Source: a virus
Taxonomy: Duplodnaviria; Heunggongvirae; Uroviricota; Caudoviricetes
Length of the DNA: 64,000 nucleotides
Strand: one strand, 5' to 3'
Virus record (IMG/VR): IMGVR_UViG_3300027692_000003
The translations under genes and the position numbers were made by a program. Positions 26,453-34,913 of the stretch are shown one piece after another. The notes under the pieces were generated by a model. That model worked only from the letters and a program-made list of their open reading frames with translations, did not search any database and was not told the origin of the DNA. Within the stretch, counting starts at the first letter, position 1; each line of letters begins with the position of its first letter.

Positions 26453-26508
26453 CTTGCCTTCCCGGATACCGCTTGTGTGTCCAGTCCTGCGCATGTACAG
26501 TTATGAAC
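26453..26508 (+). promoter_or_regulatory. Second copy of the conserved box plus leaderless-type promoter
   Basis: cttgccttcccggataccgcttgtgtgtc, 25/29 identical to 24255-24283; TTGTGT-17 nt-TACAGT; ATG at 26509. Confidence 0.65.
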
Positions 26509-26916
26509 ATGAGCGAGACTTACTACCGGTTCCACCAGGGCGATGCCCCTGCATTCAGCGCCGGCAACGCATGGTCCGCGCTGTGGGGGTCAGAGTTCAG
26601 CGCCGACGGCACGCAGAACCGGTGCCACGGCTGCGACGGCGAGGGAACCGACTGGGACCGCGAAGACGGCACCTGCCAGACCTGCGACGGCACCTGCTGG
26701 GAGGACTGCCTGCGCGGCTACTCCTGCTGCTGGGACGCAGAATCACTCATCGACTACTTCGCCGAGCGCGGAATCCCCGCCGATGACCATGGCGTCGTGG
26801 TCATCTTCACCGGCCGCCGTGTCGGCAGCGGATTCGACGGCGAGCCGCTGGCCATCCCCGAAATCGTCACCGGGACCCTGACATGGGCTGAGTTCACCGC
26901 GAGGACGGCAGCGTGA
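26509..26916 (+). CDS. Protein with DnaJ-type Zn-finger (CxxCxGxG) repeats
   Basis: CHGCDGEG and CQTCDGTC, plus RGYSCC. Confidence 0.7.
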   Translation: MSETYYRFHQGDAPAFSAGNAWSALWGSEFSADGTQNRCHGCDGEGTDWDREDGTCQTCDGTCWEDCLRGYSCCWDAESLIDYFAERGIPADDHGVVVIFTGRRVGSGFDGEPLAIPEIVTGTLTWAEFTARTAA

Positions 26917-27875
26917 AGCTTACTCACCACCCGTTCCAGCGGGCCGGAGCGTGGTCGGCTTGCGCACTTACCGGCAAGCAGGAGCCGGCCCTTCTTGATG
27001 ACGGCAACCTGGATGACCTCGCCGCGATGATCAGCCGCGACGCCACCCGCGCAGCGCTCGCAGCCAAGGACGGACCCGGCTACGCCTGGTGGAAAGTACT
27101 GCTTGCCTGCTACCCGAACAGCCCGGCCACGCACGCGGCACGGGCACGCTGGGGCCAGGACTGCATCGGCGCGAAGATCGCTGACCTTTTCGCGCCCGAC
27201 GACGACGCCCGCATCGAAGGCCCCTGCGACCTGTGCGGCACCCCGGCGTCAGCCCGCTGGGGCAAGTCGCTGCGCCCCCTGGCCGCACCGGCGAACCACG
27301 TCAACAGCCAGCCTGCGGGCGGCTGGCCGATCTGCCGCGAATGCCGGATCGCCATGTGGCTGCTGCCCTACGGGTCGGCCAGCAACGGCCACCTCATACT
27401 CACATGCGGCACCGTAGCCGGCGAAGCGCTTGAGGCGGCCATCGCCCGGAACTGCGTCACAGCGAACCGCCATGCGATCGACGCTGGGCTGGCGGCGTGG
27501 CCGGAAGGACACGAGTGGCTCAGTCCCGTCTTCGCCGGCCTCGCCGAGCATCCCGGCGCCCCCGAGCTTCTCCGCTGGCGCAACGACAACAAGGCGCCAT
27601 TTCTCACACCGCTGCGCGTCGACGAGAACACGGCCCTCCGCATAGAGGCGTGGGAGCATCTCGCTGCCCTGATCGACAGCGCCCCCGCCACCCAGGACGG
27701 CATCCGCGAGCTCGCCGCCGAGCAGCTTGGGCTTCTCCGCGACCGCGAGTGGATCATCCGGAATGCGTACGCGGCCGGCCTGAACGTCAACCAGATCCAC
27801 AAGCGGTCCGGCATCAGCCGGACCACCATCTACAAGACTGTCGCCGGTAACGGCGGGACAGGAGAGACATCGTGA
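26913..27875 (+). CDS. Stand-alone truncated Cas8b1/Cst1 (CXXC-CXXC)-like protein fused to a C-terminal HTH
   Basis: LTHHPFQRAGAW, YAWWKVLLACYPNS, PCDLCG, GWPICRECRIAMWLLPYG and WRNDNK follow, in order, the motifs I recall for actinobacterial type I-B Cas8b1. The last ~45 aa (AYAAGLNVNQIHKRSGISRTTIYKTV) is an HTH. Confidence 0.7.
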   Translation: MKLTHHPFQRAGAWSACALTGKQEPALLDDGNLDDLAAMISRDATRAALAAKDGPGYAWWKVLLACYPNSPATHAARARWGQDCIGAKIADLFAPDDDARIEGPCDLCGTPASARWGKSLRPLAAPANHVNSQPAGGWPICRECRIAMWLLPYGSASNGHLILTCGTVAGEALEAAIARNCVTANRHAIDAGLAAWPEGHEWLSPVFAGLAEHPGAPELLRWRNDNKAPFLTPLRVDENTALRIEAWEHLAALIDSAPATQDGIRELAAEQLGLLRDREWIIRNAYAAGLNVNQIHKRSGISRTTIYKTVAGNGGTGETS

Positions 27876-28168
27876 AGCGCATCCTTGACCATTTCAGGTA
27901 CCGCCGCTGCCCTCAGTGCGGCCACCTCGCCGCAGTGGTGACCACCGGTTTCGCGCCGGCGCCCCTCATGACGCACGTCCGCCGCGTCCCGCTGTGGATC
28001 CGCCATCGCGGATGCCCCGACACCCCCGTCAGCAAGGCTGCCCGGCACATCGCGTGCCAGCCGGCATGGGAGGCACCCCTCGCCGACTGGGAACTGGCGA
28101 TCCTCGCCGAGGTCGAGGTCGCCAATACCCGCGTCGCCGCCAACGGCGAGGCTGGAGAATCGTCATGA
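27872..28168 (+). CDS. Hypothetical protein (CxxC)
   Basis: 98 aa, RCPQCG, GTGA overlap. Confidence 0.6.
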   Translation: MKRILDHFRYRRCPQCGHLAAVVTTGFAPAPLMTHVRRVPLWIRHRGCPDTPVSKAARHIACQPAWEAPLADWELAILAEVEVANTRVAANGEAGESS

Positions 28169-28689
28169 CCACCGTTTACAACTACGTCACCCAGCAGTAC
28201 GGCGGGTACCACGAAGCCGTCAGGTTCGCCAGCTTCCCGCAAGCCGTCCGCTGCGCGGCATCCGATGTGCACCAGCTGGTGTGGCTGCACGAAGCCGAAG
28301 CGCACGGCGAGGCAGATGCCCGGCCGCAGGAGATCCTGGCACCCATCGCGCGTGTCGCCGTCTATGCCCTCGCCGCCCCGCAGTGGGCGGCGGCCATCGG
28401 CACCGGCGACTCCCGGAACCCCGGGACGCACGGCCGGGAGGCTGCGGACAGCATGCCCGCCCGCGTCATTGCGGCGCAGGCCGCCCTTGAAGCGATGACC
28501 GGGGCCGGGTACTGCCTCGAATGGGCTTACGCCAAGGAACTGATCGCTTACGAGGCGGCGAGCGCGCTCACCGCGCTCTGGTATGCGAACCGGAACGTCC
28601 GCGGCAGCACGCCCCTCGGTGCGCCGGCCATCAGGGAAATCCTTCGCGCAGTGGCGGGCCAGCCGGTAGCGGTAGGTGCGGCATCATGA
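28165..28689 (+). CDS. Hypothetical protein
   Basis: ATG 28165 overlapping the previous stop; 174 aa. Confidence 0.65.
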   Translation: MTTVYNYVTQQYGGYHEAVRFASFPQAVRCAASDVHQLVWLHEAEAHGEADARPQEILAPIARVAVYALAAPQWAAAIGTGDSRNPGTHGREAADSMPARVIAAQAALEAMTGAGYCLEWAYAKELIAYEAASALTALWYANRNVRGSTPLGAPAIREILRAVAGQPVAVGAAS

Positions 28690-29000
28690 CCACCGAGACC
28701 ACCACCGAGACGCGCGAGGACCGCGAATCCGAGGCCCGCACCACCCTGGCGCGGCACGGCGTCCACCTGGACTCGCACCGGCCGTTCTCCCTCGAGGAAA
28801 TCGAGAAGCTGGCCGAGGTCGCCGCGTTCTTCCGCGACAACGGCGCCGATGGCCACCCCGCCCGCGTCCGCTTCGCCGACTTCTACACCGCCACCTACGG
28901 CGATGTAGGCAACGGGGCGCGGGCGCTCACTGTCGAGACCGAGGAGCCGATGGAGATACGCCCCCTCGGTGACCGCAGGATCATCATCAAGCGGGCATGA
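28686..29000 (+). CDS. Hypothetical protein
   Basis: ATG 28686 overlapping the previous stop; 104 aa. Confidence 0.65.
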   Translation: MTTETTTETREDRESEARTTLARHGVHLDSHRPFSLEEIEKLAEVAAFFRDNGADGHPARVRFADFYTATYGDVGNGARALTVETEEPMEIRPLGDRRIIIKRA

Positions 29001-29017
29001 CCCCCCCCCCCGCGCAC

Positions 29018-29057
29018 ACAGCGGCACCCCGCTTCCTATGCGGGGTGCCGCTGTTTT
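29018..29057 (+). terminator. Intrinsic terminator
   Basis: cagcggcaccccgc-ttcctat-gcggggtgccgctg followed by tttt. Confidence 0.85.
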
Positions 29058-29108
29058 CCGGGGCGTCACCGATTCTGCCTCGCCACGTCCGGCCTGGTCA
29101 CCGCGCGG

Positions 29109-29426
29109 TCAGTTGAACTGGGCGCAGGCTGACTGCGGATAGGTCCAGACGTGGAGGAGGTGCCCGGCTTCAGACCAGCCGGTGACCGGGTGCCGTCCGC
29201 AGGATGCCGTGGCGAGGTGAGTCGTCGCGGCGGTGTCACGGGTGTCACGGCCTGCTTCGGTGCCTGTGCTGGCGCATGCACGGCAGTACCAGGCCCACGG
29301 GTCGTCCCGGCAGGCTTCCGCTTCTTCGGCGGCGAGCTTCTCCCAGCCGACAGGGCGCTCGGCGAGGTCACGGAGGATCTTCCCGGCAAGCTCTTGCAGG
29401 TGCGCCATGTGAGCGTCCTGGTCCAT
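29109..29426 (-). CDS. Hypothetical protein (CxxC/His)
   Basis: 105 aa, WYCRAC...HL...C. Confidence 0.55.
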   Translation of the reverse strand: MDQDAHMAHLQELAGKILRDLAERPVGWEKLAAEEAEACRDDPWAWYCRACASTGTEAGRDTRDTAATTHLATASCGRHPVTGWSEAGHLLHVWTYPQSACAQFN

Positions 29427-29572
29427 GGCGGCCAGGATAACGGAGGGCCGGCCCTGGTGACCCCTAGTTCACCTGGACCGGCCCTCGGCCCTAACCCGAG
29501 GCGCCGAACATACCACGCCCCGTGACGAGGGCGTCAGTACGGGCGGGATACCAGCGGGCTAGGCTCGCTGCC

Positions 29573-29950
29573 ATGACCGGGACTGAGACGAACCTGACAG
29601 CCGAGCGTGTCGAGAACCTGTTCGGAGAGTGCCTCGCTCACGAGGGCGTGGCCGTTGAGGGAATCATGTGCACGACCCGGTTCAGCCCGGATGCCATCGG
29701 GGCGCACCGCGCCGAAATCACCGCGATGCTCGCCGAGCTGCCCGATGAGTTCCGCAGGTCAGGCGGGGGCGGCTGGACGTTCCTGAACGCCTGCCTTGAC
29801 CGGCACGGTGTCCAGTGGACTGGCCTGCACAGGGTGATGGAGCAGCTGTTCATGCTCGGTCTCGCAGCGGGGCTCGTGTCTGAGCTGATGCCCCGCGACA
29901 TGTGGAGGGTCCTGCCGGGCGGGATGCCGTACTACGTGGTGGACCTGTAA
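29573..29950 (+). CDS. Conserved phage hypothetical protein
   Basis: GGGWTFLNACLDRHGVQWTG.H..MEQLF.LG...G...LPGGMPYY motif, familiar from diverse phages. Confidence 0.75.
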   Translation: MTGTETNLTAERVENLFGECLAHEGVAVEGIMCTTRFSPDAIGAHRAEITAMLAELPDEFRRSGGGGWTFLNACLDRHGVQWTGLHRVMEQLFMLGLAAGLVSELMPRDMWRVLPGGMPYYVVDL

Positions 29951-30136
29951 GACCCGCCGGAGGGTGCCGGGTTCCGCGCGGGTAGGCTGCTCGCGCCCCC
30001 GTGCTGGATTGCGTGCGCCTTGCTGACACCTTGGTGCTCCCCGGCACGGGGGTCTTCTCCGCCCATCGGGGTTGCGTTTGCTGGTAGTTCCGGGCATAAT
30101 GGTGGTGTCAGCAAGGCATCACGCAAGGAGCACCCG

Positions 30137-30892
30137 ATGGAGCAGATCCACCCGGACATCCCGGTCAGCAAGGCATGGAAGACCAGCCGCACCATCTTCG
30201 TCACCGCCGGCTACAACTCGGTCCTGTCCGGCGAGATGTACGATCTCGGCGCGAAGTGGGACCGTGACGAGCACGCGTTCCGCACCGGCCCCGGCAAGCT
30301 CGACACAGTCATCCCGCTGATCCTGGCCGACCTCGGCCGGGCCGCGAAGACAGCGGACATCAAGTCCGCAGGGCTGTGGGTGAAAATCCCGTTCGAGGCA
30401 CATGCCATACGCGACCAGGCCAAGAATCTCGGTGCCCGCTGGGACAAGGACCGCAAGGAATGGGCGATGCCCGGCGAGGAGTCCCTCGCCCAGGTCCGCG
30501 AGCTCGTCTCGGCTCACGGCCAGGCGGAGAAAGACCGGAAGACGGCCGCCAGGGCGAAGAAGGCAGCCGAGGCAGCGGTCACCGACGAGGAGATCATCAC
30601 CCGGTCAGGACGCACCCTGGTCAGTGACGTGCGGGTCGGCCTGGAACGCCACGAGTCCCAGTGGCGGATGAAGCGCGCCGAGGCCGAGAAGTACGCACCG
30701 GAACGCGGCGAGATCCAGCGCACCCGCGACGGGAAATACTGGCTGATCCTCTCGGCCGCTAAAGCGGACTTCTGGAATGAGGACACCTGCGCCGACCTCG
30801 CCCCCCACCTGCAGCCAGGCTGGCACTACAGCTTCGCCGGGGTCGAGGTCACGCCCACCGCCGAGGAAATCGCGAAGGACGCGGCACGGTGA
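30137..30892 (+). CDS. DUF5710-like domain protein
   Basis: Two GA(K/R)WD repeats, including IPFEAHAIRDQAKNLGARWDKDRKEW; RBS aaggag. Confidence 0.7.
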   Translation: MEQIHPDIPVSKAWKTSRTIFVTAGYNSVLSGEMYDLGAKWDRDEHAFRTGPGKLDTVIPLILADLGRAAKTADIKSAGLWVKIPFEAHAIRDQAKNLGARWDKDRKEWAMPGEESLAQVRELVSAHGQAEKDRKTAARAKKAAEAAVTDEEIITRSGRTLVSDVRVGLERHESQWRMKRAEAEKYAPERGEIQRTRDGKYWLILSAAKADFWNEDTCADLAPHLQPGWHYSFAGVEVTPTAEEIAKDAAR

Positions 30893-31302
30893 TGGCCCGG
30901 ACCCGGGACGCCCGGGCGGCCGACGCGGCGGCTCTGGCAGGCAGCCTGAGCGCCGCGGCGATCGCCCGGCGGCTCGGCGTCCACGAGCGGACCGTCCGCC
31001 GCTGGCTCGGCGCCTACGGGATCCCGCTGCGGCGCGGCCCGAGACCGTCCGCGCCGGGCCGCCCACGCCGCCCGATCGGCGACGCTGACGCGGCGGCTCT
31101 GGCATCGCTGTGGCAGTCCCTGCCGCCCCCGCCCCGCGGCGGAGGGGGCCACGACCTGCGCGGTACCGGCGGCCAGGAACTGGTGCGGCTCCTCACCGGG
31201 CACCGCCGCGAAGGTGTCACCGCCGCGGCGCTGGGCGCCGTGCTCGGCGTGTCCGGGCAGTACATCCGGCGCATCACCGCAGGAGGCGGCCGTGACCAGT
31301 GA
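30889..31302 (+). CDS. Tandem HTH DNA-binding protein
   Basis: SAAAIARRLGVHERTVRRWL and VTAAALGAVLGVSGQYIRRI. Confidence 0.75.
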   Translation: MMARTRDARAADAAALAGSLSAAAIARRLGVHERTVRRWLGAYGIPLRRGPRPSAPGRPRRPIGDADAAALASLWQSLPPPPRGGGGHDLRGTGGQELVRLLTGHRREGVTAAALGAVLGVSGQYIRRITAGGGRDQ

Positions 31303-32683
31303 CCGGTACGCCGTCGTGATCCCCGAGGAGCCCGCCGGGGCCGTGCGGTCCTGGCGCAAGCTGGTCAGTGCCGTCGACGGCGGCCGCGGCGGCGCCTACG
31401 CGCTCCGGGGCGGCTGGCTGGACCCCGACAAGGCCTACGAGCTCCCCGCCAGCGCCCTCGTGGTTGCCTGCGACACGTTCCCCGAGGTCCGAGAGGTCGT
31501 CCTCTACAAGGCCGCCGGCGGGACACTGGAGACGGTGAAGCAGTGGACGCTGCGGACCCCGCTCGGGAAACGCGTCACCGATTTCACGGCACGCAGGCTC
31601 GCTCCGGGCGCCTCCGGGCACCGGGCGGTCCCGCTGGAGGACCTCGCGAACCGGTACGACGGCCGCTGCCGCACCTGCCGGCAGCCCGTCCCCGCCCTCA
31701 CCGGACGGGCGTGGACCGCGCGGGACGGCAGCCGCACGGTCGCGCACCGGGAAGGGGAATGCCCGCCGCCTCCGCCTCCGCCGCCCCGGGTGGAACCGAA
31801 CCTGTACGCGGACGCGTGCCTGTGGTGCGGCGGCTGGGTCGCCGCGGAGACCGGGGCGGCGATCCTGGGCGAGCAGGCCGAGCCGGGCCGCCGGGGCCTG
31901 TACCGGGCCGTCCACCAGGTGTGCCCGCCCGATCCGCTGCCGGGCCCGGTGAACTCGCGGGAGGCATGGTGCTCGGAATGCTCCGGGATCGTCGCCGGGC
32001 AGGCTGGCTGCTGGGTCCTCCAGCCAGGCGGCGGCAGGCTGCTGCGCCACCACCCGGCCTGCCCCGGCACCGCCCCCGCTGAGCCGCGGTGGATCGTCGG
32101 CGCTGAAGGCCGTACAGGCGACGCGGTGACCGCCCGTGCCGACCTGCGCCGCGGCGGCCCGGCCATCCCCGAGACCGTTCCGGGGTACCGGATCCTGGAC
32201 GATCAGGGCTTGTACATCCAGTTCTACGGGGTCATCACCGCCGTCATACGCGGCAGGTACGGCAAGTGGGAGACCCAGGTCCGTGCCGCCACCCTGGACG
32301 AGGCGGCACCGCTGGTCGCCGCCGAAGCGGAGCAGGCCCTGATTGCCGCCCCGCACGATCCCGGGTTCCGGGGTGCGTGGCATGCGGAGATCATCGGCCC
32401 GCACCGGCCGTGGCTGGCCCGCCTCACCGGCTATGACCCGGACTACGGGCTGCGCCGCGTCTTCCTCCGCCCGAAGGAAGACTGGCTGGACGCGAACCGG
32501 AAAGGGACCCGCGGCGTGCAGTGCTGGTGGACCCTCGAGCTGAACGAGGTCTACGAGGCGTGCTGGCGGCAGACGTGGAACTCCGAACTCCGCGAGTTCC
32601 TCCGGGTCACCCCCGAAGGGGACGTCACCACCATCACCCGGGAGGAGGCCGAAGCATGGCTGGCAATGCCGCACGTACGCTGA
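31292..32683 (+). CDS. Multidomain protein with three CxxC..H..C zinc-ribbon repeats
   Basis: NRYDGRCRTC, NLYADACLWC and NSREAWCSEC repeats; C-terminal RPWLARLTG..P.YG..R.FL...DANRKGTRG domain; overlaps the ibrA-like start. Confidence 0.7.
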   Translation: MTSDRYAVVIPEEPAGAVRSWRKLVSAVDGGRGGAYALRGGWLDPDKAYELPASALVVACDTFPEVREVVLYKAAGGTLETVKQWTLRTPLGKRVTDFTARRLAPGASGHRAVPLEDLANRYDGRCRTCRQPVPALTGRAWTARDGSRTVAHREGECPPPPPPPPRVEPNLYADACLWCGGWVAAETGAAILGEQAEPGRRGLYRAVHQVCPPDPLPGPVNSREAWCSECSGIVAGQAGCWVLQPGGGRLLRHHPACPGTAPAEPRWIVGAEGRTGDAVTARADLRRGGPAIPETVPGYRILDDQGLYIQFYGVITAVIRGRYGKWETQVRAATLDEAAPLVAAEAEQALIAAPHDPGFRGAWHAEIIGPHRPWLARLTGYDPDYGLRRVFLRPKEDWLDANRKGTRGVQCWWTLELNEVYEACWRQTWNSELREFLRVTPEGDVTTITREEAEAWLAMPHVR

Positions 32684-33918
32684 GCCGCACCAAGCGGGGC
32701 CTCGGCATCGACGTCCTCACCGCCGCCCGGCAGCGGATCCGCCGGGTCTTCGACGATTTCCCGGATGTCTATTGCTCTTTCAGCGGAGGAAAGGACAGCG
32801 GCGTCTGCCTGGAACTCGCCGCGGTGGAGGCACGGGCGCGGGGCCGGCGGCTCGGCTGCCTCATCGTGGACCTCGAGGCCCAGTACCAGCACACCATCGA
32901 CTACATCCACCTCATGCTCGAGCGGCACGCCGATGTCCTGGACGTGTACTGGGTGTGCCTGCCGATCTCCCTCCGCAACGCCGTGTCCCAGTTCCAGCCG
33001 AAATGGCAGTGCTGGGACCCGGACGCCCGCGACTGGTGGGTGCGGGAATACCCCGTGCATCCCGGGGTCATCACCGACCCGGGGTTCTTCCCGTTCTTCC
33101 GGCGGGGAATGGAGTTCGAGGAGCTCGTCCCCGAGTTCGGCTGGTGGCTGTCGGAGCAGCACGGCGGGAAGCTGACGGCATGCCTGGTCGGGATCCGGTC
33201 CGATGAGTCACTCAACCGGTACCGGACCATCGCGTCCCGGGTCAAGCGCGTCCACGAGGGACTGCGGTGGACGACCTGGACCGGGCATGCCGCCTACAAC
33301 GCCTACCCGGTCTATGACTGGCGGACCGAGGACATCTGGCGGTACTACGGCAAGACCGGCACCCCCTACAACCAGGTGTATGACCTGATGCACCGTGCCG
33401 GGGTATCCATCCACCAGGCCCGCCTGTGCCAGCCGTACGGCGATGACCAGCGCAAGGGCCTGTGGCTCTACCACACCCTCGAACCCCGCACCTGGTCCAG
33501 GGTCGTCGCCCGGGTCCAGGGCGCCAACTTCGGTGCCCGGTACGCCCGCGAGACCGGGAACATCATGGGCCGCATCCAGATCACGAAACCGGACAGCATC
33601 ACCTGGGAGCAGTACGCCATGGGCCTCCTGGACTCCATGCCGGAGGACACCGCGGAAGCGTTCCGGTGCAAGATCGCCTGGTTCATCCGCTGGTATGAGA
33701 ACAACCGCGGGTACGGCGGCGGCATCATCCCCGACGACGGCCCCCTCGGTAAAGGGAGCCCGTCATGGCGGCGGATCTGCAAGGTCATCCTCAGTTTCGA
33801 TTATTACTGCAAAGCGCTCACCTTCAGTGCGCCCGCGCATCCCGCCGCGTTCGAGGCGTACAAGAAGCGGATGGCGGCCCGGCGCCAGGAGTGGGGTTAC
33901 AGTGACCGGGGCCTGTGA
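32656..33918 (+). CDS. PAPS-reductase-like/DUF3440 protein (IbrA/YbdN family)
   Basis: YCSFSGGKDS PP-loop, VDLEAQY, LVGIRSDESLNRY, YPVYDWRTEDIW, RLCQPYGDDQRKGL, SWRRICK.IL..DY.CK.L.F. Confidence 0.9.
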   Translation: MAGNAARTLSRTKRGLGIDVLTAARQRIRRVFDDFPDVYCSFSGGKDSGVCLELAAVEARARGRRLGCLIVDLEAQYQHTIDYIHLMLERHADVLDVYWVCLPISLRNAVSQFQPKWQCWDPDARDWWVREYPVHPGVITDPGFFPFFRRGMEFEELVPEFGWWLSEQHGGKLTACLVGIRSDESLNRYRTIASRVKRVHEGLRWTTWTGHAAYNAYPVYDWRTEDIWRYYGKTGTPYNQVYDLMHRAGVSIHQARLCQPYGDDQRKGLWLYHTLEPRTWSRVVARVQGANFGARYARETGNIMGRIQITKPDSITWEQYAMGLLDSMPEDTAEAFRCKIAWFIRWYENNRGYGGGIIPDDGPLGKGSPSWRRICKVILSFDYYCKALTFSAPAHPAAFEAYKKRMAARRQEWGYSDRGL

Positions 33919-33928
33919 CATCGTGCGC

Positions 33929-34315
33929 ATGGCGAATACCGGCCCCGGGTTCTATCCGCTGCTCGGCCCGTACCTGGCCTCCCGGCAGGTCGCCGCGGAC
34001 CTCGGCGAGCAGCCGTGGGACGACCCCGGCAAGACCTGGTGGGTGATGGCCCCCGGAGGCGCCGTGGCGGGGTTCGCCGCCGCGGCGGACCTCGGGACGC
34101 ACCTGGCGTGGTGCTCGGCGTGGACCGCCCCCGCCTGGCGCGGGAAAGGGGTCTGGTCCGCGCTCGCCGCCGGACGGGACACCGCGGCGGCCGGGCGTGA
34201 GGTGCGGGTCCTGTGCCGGCCCGTGCTCGAGGCGGCATACCTGCGGATGGGGTTCACGGTGACCGGCCGCACCGCCGGCTACGCCCGGATGCGGCGGCAG
34301 TCCCTGGCCGGCTAG
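33929..34315 (+). CDS. GNAT-fold acetyltransferase-like protein
   Basis: SAWTAPAWRGKGVWSAL acetyl-CoA motif; AAYLRMGF. Confidence 0.7.
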   Translation: MANTGPGFYPLLGPYLASRQVAADLGEQPWDDPGKTWWVMAPGGAVAGFAAAADLGTHLAWCSAWTAPAWRGKGVWSALAAGRDTAAAGREVRVLCRPVLEAAYLRMGFTVTGRTAGYARMRRQSLAG

Positions 34316-34316
34316 C

Positions 34317-34330
34317 TTTCCTTAAGGAAA
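34317..34330. promoter_or_regulatory. 14-bp palindrome upstream of the second Phd-like gene (candidate operator)
   Basis: tttccttaaggaaa, an AT-rich perfect palindrome in a GC-rich context. Confidence 0.6.
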
Positions 34331-34348
34331 TAGCTTAAGGTTCAGGGT

Positions 34349-34525
34349 ATGCATGAACGTGAGACCGGAGTCGAGGAAGCCCGGAAGATCCTCGGGGACC
34401 TGGCCGACGACGCCGCGGACGGCACCGTCACCTGGCTGACCCGCCACCGGCGCCGCATCGCCGCGATCGTACCCGTCGACCTCGCCGAGCTCGCCATCCG
34501 CGAGACACTGGAAGAGGGCCTGTGA
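34349..34525 (+). CDS. Phd/YefM-like antitoxin (58 aa; not in ORF track)
   Basis: Manual translation MHERETGVEEARKILGDLADDAADGTVTWLTRHRRRIAAIVPVDLAELAIRETLEEGL. Confidence 0.75.
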   Translation: MHERETGVEEARKILGDLADDAADGTVTWLTRHRRRIAAIVPVDLAELAIRETLEEGL

Positions 34526-34911
34526 AGCTGCTCTCCCTCACCAGCGCAGACCCCCGGTTCTACCCGCTCCTGGGCCGGTTCCTCGCGAACCGGGACGTCG
34601 TCGCCTACCTCGGCGGCCACCTGTGGGACGACCCCGCCAAGACCTGGACCATCGCCATCAGCACGGAGGGGGTCCGCGGGTTCATCGCCACCGTCCCATC
34701 CCGCGGCGCGGTCAAAGCCCAGTCCTGCTACGTCCTCGACGGCGAGGACACCCTCACCGGCGACCTGATCCGCGCCGTCGTCCAGGCACACGCCCCTTCA
34801 CCGGTCACCGCGGTGGTCCGCGCCGGCCACGCCGGGCCCTGGCACGAGGAAGGTTTCGTGACCGTCGCCGACAAAGGCCGTTTCCTGCACCTGGCCAGGA
34901 AAGGCTCCTGA
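34522..34911 (+). CDS. Degenerate GNAT-like paralogue of 33929-34315
   Basis: Shares FYPLLG..LA.R.V.A.LG...WDDP.KTW; lacks RGKG; GTGA overlap with the Phd-like gene. Confidence 0.7.
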   Translation: MKLLSLTSADPRFYPLLGRFLANRDVVAYLGGHLWDDPAKTWTIAISTEGVRGFIATVPSRGAVKAQSCYVLDGEDTLTGDLIRAVVQAHAPSPVTAVVRAGHAGPWHEEGFVTVADKGRFLHLARKGS

Positions 34912-34913
34912 CC

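Noticed and set aside
29001-29011. Poly-C tract as a phase-variation site
   Set aside because: Lies after the stop codon and before a terminator, so length change would not alter a reading frame or an evident promoter.
26380-29100. CRISPR array or mini-array near the Cas8-like gene
   Set aside because: I found no regularly spaced 28-37 bp repeats by eye. The only repeated element is the promoter box (2 copies, 2.2 kb apart). A CRISPR finder run would be decisive.
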